Assembly (NCBI GenBank): GCA_000270325.1
Contig: BA000048.1
Span: forward strand, 320,080-344,079
Direction of reading: 5' to 3'
DNA length: 24,000 nucleotides
Origin: Candidatus Caldarchaeum subterraneum
Lineage (GTDB): Archaea > Thermoproteota > Nitrososphaeria_A > Caldarchaeales > Caldarchaeaceae
This document shows, one piece after another, positions 1-7,712 of this stretch. The notes under the pieces were generated by a model. That model worked only from the letters and a program-made list of their open reading frames with translations, was not told where the DNA came from and ran no database searches. Positions within the stretch are counted from its first letter, which is position 1. Each line of letters starts with the position of its first letter. The translations under genes and the position numbers were made by a program.

Positions 1-827
1 CTTGTCGCTGGATAGTTGAAGAACCATTGCCATATTTCGCTGCGGCCTACAGCAGAGGGGTTACTGATGCTTAGCCTCGAAAACATTGCCAGTATTCTTT
101 CAACCAAGTTTGAATATCGGGGGACGAGGATGACCCATTCCAACATATACCATAGTAGAGCGACTGAAACACCGGTGGCCGCGAAGAGTGCCAGCACAGT
201 TCTCCAGTCATACCGCAGGAGCCGGCCATGCTCCTTTTTCTTGGCTTTTTCGACGGTTTTCAAACCCGCGTACAGCAACAGGGGGACAATCACCACGAGC
301 GCAGACTCTTTCGCGAGGAAAGACGTAGCGAATAAAGGTGCCGCCATTATTTTCCGTTTAAACCTATTGTCTAGCAGAAAGTAGATGCCGGCGAGTAGGA
401 AGACCAGCATGAATATGTCTATGCGGGCCACTCGTGAGAAGTAGAAGGTGAGTGTCTCGAATGAGAAGAGGAAGGTGGCGAGTGGTGTCGCGTAGTTGAA
501 CTCTTTCCTGTCCTGAAACAGTCTGCTCACAACGAGATAGAAAATGGGTATCGCCGCTGTTCCCGCGATAACTGACATGATGCGCCAGCCGAATGGGTTG
601 TCGCCGAACGCCAGCATGCCCAACGCTATAAGCATCTTGCCAAGCGGAGGATGTCCACTCCTAGGGTCTATTGGCAACCCCTGCTCATTCTGACCCAGAA
701 TACTACGTGCATCGGGAACGTAGTAAACCTCGTCACCTATCTGTCTGTCGGGAACATCCAGCTTATACACCCTGATTAAAAATGAAACAATAGTTAATGC
801 TGCGACGAAGACAATGCGCTTATTCAT
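1..827 (-). CDS. GT39/PMT-family (dolichyl-phosphate-mannose-protein mannosyltransferase-like) membrane glycosyltransferase; N-terminal ~275 codons, 3' part runs off the left edge
   Basis: Absent from the supplied ORF track because there is no stop in the window. Reverse-strand ATG at 827-825, open to position 1. My translation is MNKRIVFVAALTIVSFLIRVYKLDVPDRQIGDEVYYVPDARSILGQNEQGLPIDPRSGHPPLGKMLIALGMLAFGDNPFGWRIMSVIAGTAAIPIFYLVV... It has the loop-1 DE motif (GDEVYYVPDA) and the HPPLGKxLIALG box typical of PMT/GT39 enzymes, followed by several TM helices. A TTTTTA box (plus 855-860) lies ~30 nt upstream of the ATG. Confidence 0.75.
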   Translation of the reverse strand, partial: MNKRIVFVAALTIVSFLIRVYKLDVPDRQIGDEVYYVPDARSILGQNEQGLPIDPRSGHPPLGKMLIALGMLAFGDNPFGWRIMSVIAGTAAIPIFYLVVSRLFQDRKEFNYATPLATFLFSFETLTFYFSRVARIDIFMLVFLLAGIYFLLDNRFKRKIMAAPLFATSFLAKESALVVIVPLLLYAGLKTVEKAKKKEHGRLLRYDWRTVLALFAATGVSVALLWYMLEWVILVPRYSNLVERILAMFSRLSISNPSAVGRSEIWQWFFNYPAT

Positions 828-1073
828 CCGAGAACGAAGTCATTGTTCCTTTCCTAAAAATCTTAGTTTCTACGGCGTTCATATATAAGTTATTTCATGT
901 AAAACCCGTCTTTGCAAAATATTCCGCTGATTATCAAAATGAGAGGAACTATCTGGAGGTAGCCAAGCTCTTGATTATGTTTGGAAAACGTGTGAAAACA
1001 TCGGTTTCGTCAGAGGCGGCCCATGTTTTGATGTAGTCCGTCATGACAAGTAGGTCTGCTGAACGTAGCCTGT

Positions 1074-2126
1074 TTATCCTGCGCCACGCCATATTGTAGG
1101 CTTCTTCGAGGGGTGTTGTATTTTTCTCTGGGCCATGGTCACTGCTTTTTTCATGTTGTAGTGTGTAATCTTTGATATTGTTTTCCTGTTTTCCTCGAAA
1201 CTTCTGTTCAATAATGTTAGGGCGCTGGCTATCGCTCCTCCGGCTGTTGATATTATGTCGGGTATTATGTTGATGCCCGTGTGTTCGAGGATGCGGGCGG
1301 TTGTTACGGATATGGGGTAGTTGGCTATTGGGGCCACTATTCTACAGGGTATTGGTCCTGTAATGGTTTTTGGTCTTGCGCCCGGAACGAATATGTCTGT
1401 CTTGATGTTTGTGATGTCTGTGGGCGGTAGGAGACGGGAGGCGGGGTTCCTCTCGGCATAGATTCTGAGACAGTTTTCACCGTGTCTAGTCCTTAAATCC
1501 AGTAGCTGGTCGATGTCCAAGCCTTTGGGGTCAAAGAGAGTATGATACCTGTTGGATACTGCAACCATGATGTATCCACGTCTGCCTAAGAGGTGAGCCG
1601 CGGCGGTTCCCATGTTTCCGAACCCCTGCAGAGAAAACATCTCCACGTCCTCAATGTTTTTGATGTGTCTGAGCGCCTCTATGGATGCGTGTAGACTCTC
1701 TGCCACGGCAAGCCCTGTATCTGATAGAATTGATTGCCCTCTATGTAGTGTGGGTCGCCGCCTGTCACCTAAAATTGAGTAAAGATATTGTAGGTCTTCT
1801 TCGCTGAACCCTATGTCTGAGCCGGGGATGTAGCTTCCCTTAACCAGTAATTCTTTGGTTTTTTCAACAAATTTCTGTATTAGGTTTTTCTTGTCGACAT
1901 TGAGCGGGTCAGCCGCTATCCCTGTTTTGGCCCCGCCGACCGGTATACCTGCCAAAGACGACTTAAGGGTCATCAGCCGGGCCAGCATCTCCGTCTCCGC
2001 CCTAGTTACGTCGCTGGCTATTCTTACACCGCCCCAGCTGATCCCCATTATGAAATAGTCTATGACAAGCCATCCAACGGCCTGTCCAAGGTTTAGCTCC
2101 ACAACCCGCCCCGGACGAGCAATCAA
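1074..2126 (-). CDS. Glu/Leu/Phe/Val dehydrogenase family amino-acid dehydrogenase (short, 350 aa)
   Basis: TTG start at 2126 directly after an in-frame stop. Contains SWGGVRI, the catalytic-Lys box IPVGGAKTGIAADP, and the Rossmann motif LQGFGNMGTAAAHLL. The size fits the short Leu/Val/Phe-DH-like branch; substrate not assignable from sequence. Confidence 0.85.
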   Translation of the reverse strand: MIARPGRVVELNLGQAVGWLVIDYFIMGISWGGVRIASDVTRAETEMLARLMTLKSSLAGIPVGGAKTGIAADPLNVDKKNLIQKFVEKTKELLVKGSYIPGSDIGFSEEDLQYLYSILGDRRRPTLHRGQSILSDTGLAVAESLHASIEALRHIKNIEDVEMFSLQGFGNMGTAAAHLLGRRGYIMVAVSNRYHTLFDPKGLDIDQLLDLRTRHGENCLRIYAERNPASRLLPPTDITNIKTDIFVPGARPKTITGPIPCRIVAPIANYPISVTTARILEHTGINIIPDIISTAGGAIASALTLLNRSFEENRKTISKITHYNMKKAVTMAQRKIQHPSKKPTIWRGAG

Positions 2127-2174
2127 CTACAAATCACGCCGTGCCACCCATTTGTTAAGGTTTTTTGGCTGGTT

Positions 2175-3386
2175 TTGTTGTTTTGGGTTGTGCTTTCTTC
2201 GCTTAATGAGTTGATGGCTCGTTGGGGTGTTGACGCTGTTGTGGTGTATGGCGAGTCGACGGCCTCTTGTCCTGAGTTGGCTTATGTTGTGCGGGCTCCG
2301 GTTGCGCGGGGTGGTTTGTATGTTAAGAAGAGAGGTGAGGAACCTCTTCTGGTTGTAAGCAACTTGGATGTGGAGAGCGCGAAAACTGGTCAGGTGCGTT
2401 TGGTCAAGACCTATAATGATTATGGGTTTAGAGAGTTTGTCCGCAGGTTTGGCCGCGGCCGTGGCTGGGCCGAGTTTGTTGCCGAGGTTCTGCGGAGGGA
2501 GAAAGTTGGTGGAGGGCTTGTTCTGGCGGGCAGGTTTGAAGCGGGTCAAGCGGTTTTTCTCGCCGACCTTCTCCGCCGCAAAGGCTTCAGGGTCAAAGCC
2601 TCTCCAAGCCCCTCGCTCCTCGACCTCTGTAGAAGAACAAAGGATAGCTGGGAGGTTGACCGCGTCAGAGAAGCCGGGCGGAAAACCGTCGCAGTTGTTC
2701 AGCGTGTGGAGAAGATTCTCGAGGAAAGCCGCGTGGCAGGTGATAAGGTGCTTTATGAGAACAAGCCGCTGACAGCCAACGTCCTTCGACAAGCTGTTCG
2801 ACAGGCATGCGCAGAACAGGGGCTAAACCTCGTGGAAGGCTTCATCATCGCCGTCGGAGCAGAGTCAGCGGACCCACACTACAGCGGCGAAAAAGACACA
2901 CCAATAAAACCCGGCGAACCTGTTCTCCTCGACATTTTTCCCGCAGACACTACGGGCTATCGCTACGATTTTACAAGAACCTATTGTGTTGGAAGAGCCA
3001 AGCCACTGCTACGCAAAATGTATGCGGACACCGTTGAAGCCCAGAGAATTGCTTTGGACATGATTAGGGAAAACATAGGCTGCGAGGCGCCGTTTATACG
3101 GGTGTGCCGCCTCTACATGGCCCGTGGATGGCCTACGCCGCTTAGCAGACAGCCTGTTGAACGCGGATTTGTTCACGGCCTCGGGCACGGGCTGGGTTTG
3201 ACGATTGGTGAGGAGCCTTATCTCACACGCTTCAGCCGAGACCCCCTTCTCTCGGGAGATGTTGTGACGGTGGAGCCGGGGCTTTATGAGAAAGGATTCG
3301 GCGGTGTACGTGTGGAGGATGTTGTTCTGGTGGAGAGCAGCCGCTGCACTGTATTAGCCGAGCATAGACGGGAGCTGGAGCTTTAG
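2175..3386 (+). CDS. M24B family Xaa-Pro aminopeptidase / prolidase
   Basis: 403-aa ORF with metal-ligand motifs DIFPADTTGYRYDFTRT, HGLGHGLGLTIGEEP and VEPGLYEKGFGGVRVEDVVLV, plus an N-terminal creatinase/prolidase-like domain. Start is ambiguous (TTG 2175/2178, GTG 2190, ATG 2214). The conserved-looking LNELMARWGVDAVVV helix favours a start upstream of 2214. Confidence 0.9.
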   Translation: MLFWVVLSSLNELMARWGVDAVVVYGESTASCPELAYVVRAPVARGGLYVKKRGEEPLLVVSNLDVESAKTGQVRLVKTYNDYGFREFVRRFGRGRGWAEFVAEVLRREKVGGGLVLAGRFEAGQAVFLADLLRRKGFRVKASPSPSLLDLCRRTKDSWEVDRVREAGRKTVAVVQRVEKILEESRVAGDKVLYENKPLTANVLRQAVRQACAEQGLNLVEGFIIAVGAESADPHYSGEKDTPIKPGEPVLLDIFPADTTGYRYDFTRTYCVGRAKPLLRKMYADTVEAQRIALDMIRENIGCEAPFIRVCRLYMARGWPTPLSRQPVERGFVHGLGHGLGLTIGEEPYLTRFSRDPLLSGDVVTVEPGLYEKGFGGVRVEDVVLVESSRCTVLAEHRRELEL

Positions 3387-4186
3387 CCGAGGAAAACCCA
3401 GAGAGAATAGGCGGCGAAAGCGCCGTATAGAGATGTGAGAAAGTTTACCACATCGTTGTTGATTACCCTGCTTCCGCCAAGATAAATTGTCTCCACACCA
3501 CAGTGTCGCCTAACCTCGACTGCGCGTCCACACACTTTGCACCTGTATCTCGACTGAACAAGCCCGCCGACGACGCTGTCGAACAAGCTTCCCGTAAACC
3601 CTGAAAAAACGCTGACGAGCGCGACCTTGCTCAGGGGAAGCGTGTCCAGGGAGAAGCCTGTGTAGATGAAAACCGTAGCCGCCGTGATGAATCCTGTGAC
3701 AAAGGCCGACATCAGGCCGAGAGGAGTCACACCGCCGGGTGTTCCCGGCTCAGTCTTCTTCAAAGAGGTTATCAAAATGGGCGGTCTCTTAGAGAGAAGA
3801 CCAAGTTCAGTCGACATGGTGTCGGCGAAAACCGCTGACACTGCTCCGATGTATAGTGGCAGAGCCGTGGCGGGGTCTATGAGAAAGTATCCGGCTGAAG
3901 CTATGAGAGCTGCCGCGAGCCCGTTGCTTATGACGTTGCTCCATGTTCTCACTCCTCTGCCGTATTCGCCGTATTTCTCGCGGTACCGGTATCTTGTGGA
4001 GAAGCCTGATACGATGAAGAAGACGAGGAGCAGGAGAAAATGCATCCGGCCGCCGAAAATGTATATCATGTAGCCCAAGACGACGGCTGCCCCGGCTCCA
4101 CGCAGGTCGAGGAAACGGCCCGCAAGCGCCACAGCTCCAACAACGGCGATGACCACAGTCGCCTCAAAAAAATTCGCCAACAACAC
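3383..4186 (-). CDS. DUF92/TMEM19-family polytopic membrane protein
   Basis: 267-aa hydrophobic ORF with family-typical blocks: WSNVISNGLAAAL, VFADTMSTELG, GTPGGVTPLGL, FDSVVGGLVQ and INNDVVNFL. It also has a CKVCG-x8-HCG cysteine/histidine knuckle. Its start is 4 nt downstream of the stop of the hisS anticodon-binding frame (4191), suggesting co-transcription. Confidence 0.75.
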   Translation of the reverse strand: MLLANFFEATVVIAVVGAVALAGRFLDLRGAGAAVVLGYMIYIFGGRMHFLLLLVFFIVSGFSTRYRYREKYGEYGRGVRTWSNVISNGLAAALIASAGYFLIDPATALPLYIGAVSAVFADTMSTELGLLSKRPPILITSLKKTEPGTPGGVTPLGLMSAFVTGFITAATVFIYTGFSLDTLPLSKVALVSVFSGFTGSLFDSVVGGLVQSRYRCKVCGRAVEVRRHCGVETIYLGGSRVINNDVVNFLTSLYGAFAAYSLWVFLG

Positions 4187-4190
4187 TTCT

Positions 4191-4499
4191 TCACTTCGCC
4201 AACATGTTCAACACCTTCTCAAGAGAATCGGTGACCTGTGTTCTCGATGCGAGGTCGCGGAGAGTAACAGTGCCATCTGCCGCCTCTTTGTCGCCGATGA
4301 TGACGAGATTCTTAATTCCTCTGTTCAGGGCTGTTTCGATGGCGTCGCCCAGCTTCTTCCGAGAAACGTCAACAAAGACAGAGAATCCATTTTTTCTCAG
4401 ACTGTCTGCTACAAGCAGAGCGTAGGATGACGCTTTGTCCGATAATACTGTGAGAAGGATTGTTGGGGGAATGGTGTAGTTTGTGTTTTTCTGCCGAGG
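4191..4499 (-). pseudogene. hisS: Displaced 3' portion of hisS: HisRS anticodon-binding domain in a different frame, with no start codon of its own
   Basis: My translation of the reverse strand in the frame ending at TGA 4193-4191 is PRQKNTNYTIPPTILLTVLSDKASSYALLVADSLRKNGFSVFVDVSRKKLGDAIETALNRGIKNLVIIGDKEAADGTVTLRDLASRTQVTDSLEKVLNMLAK*. This is a typical class IIa anticodon-binding domain. The frame contains no ATG/GTG/TTG before it, so it is missing from the ORF track. Confidence 0.8.
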
Positions 4500-5458
4500 A
4501 GATGCATCTGGATGCGTGTTATGCCGATGGAGCAGCCGACAGCTGGAGTGGGTTTTCCGCCGAATAGCTCCACCAACCCGTCGTAGCGGCCGCCGCCGTT
4601 AAACGACAACTGCTCCCCTTCAAGTTTCTGTTCAAAAATCATCCCGGTGTAGTATTCAAGCCCACGTGCGAATCCGAGGTCCACCTCGATCGAGATGTTT
4701 GGGTCAACGTTCATGATGAGTGAAACGATTGTTTCAAGGTTTTCCAGTGACTGCATGGCCTTGGGCCAGGGTGAAACCATGTCGCGGGCCCTTTCAACCA
4801 CTTCCAAGCCTCCTCGATGCTCTGCGAGACGCCAAAGCGTTTCCACAGCGTCTTTATCGAGATGCTGCTCCATCAGCTGCCGTGCCTCTGTAAACATTTT
4901 GCGGTCGATGAGGGAAAGTATGATGTCCTGCGTTTTCTGCTCAACATTATCCATGATTCCCCTCATTATTCCGACGTGGCCTATCTTGAAACGCTGCTCA
5001 ACAAGCCCCAGTCTCTGAAAAACATCCCTGCTCGCCAGAATAATCTCGGCATCGCTCATGGGGTCTCTGCTTCCGAAAAGCTCAAGCCCACCCTGCCAAA
5101 ACCTCCGCCTCCTACCCCACTGCGGCTCATCATATCTGTAACAGTCGGCGATGTAGCCCAGCCGTAGCGGCAGAGGCCTCCGAGAAAGCTTGGATGCGAC
5201 AAGCCGTGCCACAGATGCTGTGACTTCTGGGCGCAGCACCAGTTTGCGGCCGTGTGGGTCGTCGAAAACAAACATGCGATGCCTTATTTCTTCTCCCGAC
5301 TTTGCCTCAAAGAGTTCGAGATATTCTAGGGTGGGTGTCTCAACCTCCTCGTAGCCATACAGCCTATAAATCTCACGTATCACGTCCACTATCCGCTGCT
5401 TCACCGCGAACTCTTCGGGAAGCAGGTCATCCATGCCGCGTGGAGGCTCGAAGGACAA
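4409..5458 (-). CDS. hisS: Histidine--tRNA ligase, catalytic core (as-encoded ORF; its last ~30 codons are out-of-frame read-through after a frameshift)
   Basis: Class II motifs are present: LRPEVTASVAR and the motif-3 region NGGGRYDGLVELFGGKPTPAVGCSIGITRI. The tail RKTQTTPFPQQSFSQYYRTKRHPTLCL looks non-native, and the expected anticodon-binding domain continues in another frame down to 4191. TTG start at 5458. Confidence 0.9.
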   Translation of the reverse strand: MSFEPPRGMDDLLPEEFAVKQRIVDVIREIYRLYGYEEVETPTLEYLELFEAKSGEEIRHRMFVFDDPHGRKLVLRPEVTASVARLVASKLSRRPLPLRLGYIADCYRYDEPQWGRRRRFWQGGLELFGSRDPMSDAEIILASRDVFQRLGLVEQRFKIGHVGIMRGIMDNVEQKTQDIILSLIDRKMFTEARQLMEQHLDKDAVETLWRLAEHRGGLEVVERARDMVSPWPKAMQSLENLETIVSLIMNVDPNISIEVDLGFARGLEYYTGMIFEQKLEGEQLSFNGGGRYDGLVELFGGKPTPAVGCSIGITRIQMHLLGRKTQTTPFPQQSFSQYYRTKRHPTLCL

Positions 5459-5492
5459 GCTTCACACCTTCCCAAACCCTCGCCACCTCTCT

Positions 5493-5500
5493 ATAAATAT
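5493..5500. promoter_or_regulatory. TATAAATA box in the 91-bp divergent hisS/htrA-like spacer (possibly serving both directions)
   Basis: Only strong AT-rich element between 5459 and 5549. It lies 35 nt from the hisS TTG (5458) and 50 nt from the protease ATG (5550). The protease ATG is preceded by GAGGT at 5538-5542. Confidence 0.4.
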
Positions 5501-5549
5501 GTAGAAATCATCCATCACCGTTAATACATGGCCCAGCGAGGTCTCTGAC

Positions 5550-6698
5550 ATGACAAACGGCTCTGCGAAACTGGTTACCGCGGTTGTAGCTTTAGCCGTT
5601 GTCTTGGTTGGGCTCAACTTCTTTTTCTACGTCACTGTGAGAGAGGATGTTTTGGGTCTTCAGCAAGCTGTTTCCTCGCTGCAGACCCAGGCAGTGGAAA
5701 AAACTGTCACCCTTGTCTCACACGTCACCTCCGTGGTGACCGTCGCTGGAAACCGTCCCAGCTATGCCGACATCTTTGACATGGTGAAGGACTCGGTGGT
5801 TTTGATACGTGTTTTTTCCTCAGCGGGCGGGGCTGTGGGCAGCGGGTTCGTGTATGACACCGAGGGCCACATAGTGACAAACAACCATGTCGTGGCCGGC
5901 GCCTCTTCAATCAGGGTAGTGTTTTACAACGGCGAGATGTATGCCGCGCGGGTGGTTGGGACGGATGTTGACAGCGACTTGGCTGTGATAAAGCTGGAGA
6001 ACCCGCCAAAGAACCTTAAGCCTCTGAAGCTGGGAAACTCGACGGAGCTCAGAATAGGAGAAGAGGTGATAGCTATAGGTAACCCGTTCGGGCTTGAGGG
6101 GACACTGACCACCGGTGTGGTGAGCCAGAAGGGCAGGCTTCTCCCGACTGGCAGAGGCTACTCAATACCGGGCGTCATACAAACAGACGCGGCCATCAAC
6201 CCGGGAAACTCCGGAGGCCCGTTGCTCAACATGAGGGGCGAGGTTGTCGGGGTAAACACCGCGATAGAGCCGGGCGGGGTTGGAATCGGCTACGCCGTGC
6301 CATCGTCAATAGTCGCGCGGGTTGTTCCAGCACTGATTAAAGACGGGGTTTACAGACGGAGCTGGATGGGGATTAGCGGAACGACTCTTGACATGGACAT
6401 AGCTGCCGCGGGAGGATACAACGTCACCCGAGGAGTTTTGATATCACAGGTCGTGAACAACAGTCCTGCGCAGAGTGCGGGTCTCCGAGGAGGTGATAGA
6501 ACGGTGGTTGTTAACGGTGTTCAGGTTATTGTCGGCGGCGATGTGATAGTGGCTGTCAACGGGGTGCCGATAAACAGCATCGACGAGCTTCTTGTATACA
6601 TGGAGGAGAAAACCAGCCCCGGCCAAACCATAACGCTGAACATCGTGAGAAACAACCAGTTCATCACCGTCTCTCTAACACTCTCCACAAGGCCATGA
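5550..6698 (+). CDS. HtrA/DegP-family trypsin-like serine protease with C-terminal PDZ domain, N-terminal membrane anchor
   Basis: Catalytic triad context: TNNHVV (His), DSDLAVIKL (Asp), GNSGGPLLN (Ser). PDZ-like segment GVLISQVVNNSPAQSAGLRGGD...AVNGVPINSIDEL. TM helix LVTAVVALAVVLVGLNFFFYV. SD-like GAGGT 7 nt upstream of the ATG. Confidence 0.9.
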   Translation: MTNGSAKLVTAVVALAVVLVGLNFFFYVTVREDVLGLQQAVSSLQTQAVEKTVTLVSHVTSVVTVAGNRPSYADIFDMVKDSVVLIRVFSSAGGAVGSGFVYDTEGHIVTNNHVVAGASSIRVVFYNGEMYAARVVGTDVDSDLAVIKLENPPKNLKPLKLGNSTELRIGEEVIAIGNPFGLEGTLTTGVVSQKGRLLPTGRGYSIPGVIQTDAAINPGNSGGPLLNMRGEVVGVNTAIEPGGVGIGYAVPSSIVARVVPALIKDGVYRRSWMGISGTTLDMDIAAAGGYNVTRGVLISQVVNNSPAQSAGLRGGDRTVVVNGVQVIVGGDVIVAVNGVPINSIDELLVYMEEKTSPGQTITLNIVRNNQFITVSLTLSTRP

Positions 6699-6699
6699 C

Positions 6700-7626
6700 C
6701 TAGGTCTCTTTGACACACCGATTCCTCAACAGCCCCACCTTCTCAATCTCGGCCTCTACGAGGTCGCCGTCTCTCAGATACCGTTTACCCGCGGCGGCTA
6801 CGCCGGCTGGTGTTCCAGTCGCTATGATGTCTCCGGGTTCAAGGGTTAACCCGTCGGAGATGTATTCGATTAGTTCACCGATTTTGAAGAACATTTCATC
6901 GGTGGAGCCGTTTTGACGCACCTCCCCGTTCACCTTCAACACAAGCCTGAGCGGATACGGGCTGCCTACCTCATCTCTTGTGACAAGGTAGGGGCCGCAT
7001 GGAGCGGCTGTGTCGAGGCTTTTTCCAAGTATCCAGTTTTGGCCGAAGGGGTTCAGCTTCTCCGGCCAACCCGGCGGCAATTGCTTGTCCCGAAAGCTTA
7101 CGTCGTTGAAAACCATGTATCCAGCTATGTATTCGTCAGCTTGTTTAGCTGGAATGTATTTGCCTTTTTTACCGATTACGACGGCAAGCTCTATCTCGTA
7201 GTCCACCATGGTTGAGGTGCGTGGGATAATTATGTTCTCCCCGTGCCCGATTAAGGTGTTGCCGAATTTTCCGAAAAAATACGGCTTCTCGGGGACGGTG
7301 ATTTTCATCTCCTGCCCATGCATCACGTAATTGGCTGCTACGCACAAAATCTTCCTAGCATCAGGAACAGGGGCCTTGAAAACTATTTCGGATTCCTTGT
7401 AGTATAGAGGCGGCCCGTCACCATACTGCGCCGCCTTGTTCCTCAGCTTCTCCACAAGCCGTGCCGAATCCTCGCCCGCTATCAAGAAGCTTCTCATAGA
7501 GTAGAGCCATCGCGGGGCATCCTCACCATAAACCAGTTTATATGCGCTAGGCAGGTCTAAAACCCCTTTGCCAGTTAACAGCCCAACCCTCCTGTCTCCA
7601 TATTTCTCAAAAGACAGCAGCTTCAT
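6700..7626 (-). CDS. Fumarylacetoacetate hydrolase (FAH) family protein (2-keto-4-pentenoate hydratase / oxaloacetate decarboxylase-like)
   Basis: 308-aa ORF with the FAH-domain blocks DYEIELAVVIGKKG, NDVSFRD and GDIIATGTPAGV. An ATATAC element (plus 7651-7656) ~27 nt upstream of the ATG suggests a leaderless mRNA. Confidence 0.9.
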   Translation of the reverse strand: MKLLSFEKYGDRRVGLLTGKGVLDLPSAYKLVYGEDAPRWLYSMRSFLIAGEDSARLVEKLRNKAAQYGDGPPLYYKESEIVFKAPVPDARKILCVAANYVMHGQEMKITVPEKPYFFGKFGNTLIGHGENIIIPRTSTMVDYEIELAVVIGKKGKYIPAKQADEYIAGYMVFNDVSFRDKQLPPGWPEKLNPFGQNWILGKSLDTAAPCGPYLVTRDEVGSPYPLRLVLKVNGEVRQNGSTDEMFFKIGELIEYISDGLTLEPGDIIATGTPAGVAAAGKRYLRDGDLVEAEIEKVGLLRNRCVKET

Positions 7627-7712
7627 CGGCGACCTACCCGATACAAGCCTGTATATGAGCTATTTCTTCAGAAAAAGAAATAAACTTGTTAGAGCGGTTC
7701 TGTGGAGACGGT

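Noticed and set aside
16-384. 122-aa plus-strand ORF at the left edge
   Set aside because: It lies entirely antisense to the much better supported PMT/GT39-like reverse-strand frame (1-827). It has no recognisable motifs and looks like a shadow ORF.
797-1036. 79-aa plus-strand ORF in the 246-bp spacer between the PMT-like and dehydrogenase genes
   Set aside because: It starts antisense inside the PMT gene's first codons and runs through AT-rich promoter/terminator sequence. It has no motifs, SD or TATA in a sensible position. Coding status cannot be excluded but is unsupported.
828-1073. Possible C/D-box or H/ACA sRNA in the largest intergenic region
   Set aside because: Only degenerate box matches were found (UUGAUGU ... 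CUGA just 35 nt apart on plus; AUGACGG ... CUGA on minus with wrong spacing). There is no C'/D' pair and no convincing stem, so it does not fit the 50-70-nt archaeal C/D architecture.
2127-2792. 221-aa reverse-strand ORF (and 134-aa plus ORF 2368-2772) overlapping the M24 peptidase gene
   Set aside because: The composition is low-complexity and Arg/Pro/Asn-rich with no motifs. It overlaps a frame with unmistakable M24B motifs and is a typical GC-driven shadow ORF.
4149-4430. 93-aa and 73-aa plus-strand ORFs between DUF92 and hisS
   Set aside because: They are antisense to a perfectly good HisRS anticodon-binding domain encoded on the reverse strand (4191-4499). That domain explains the open frames.
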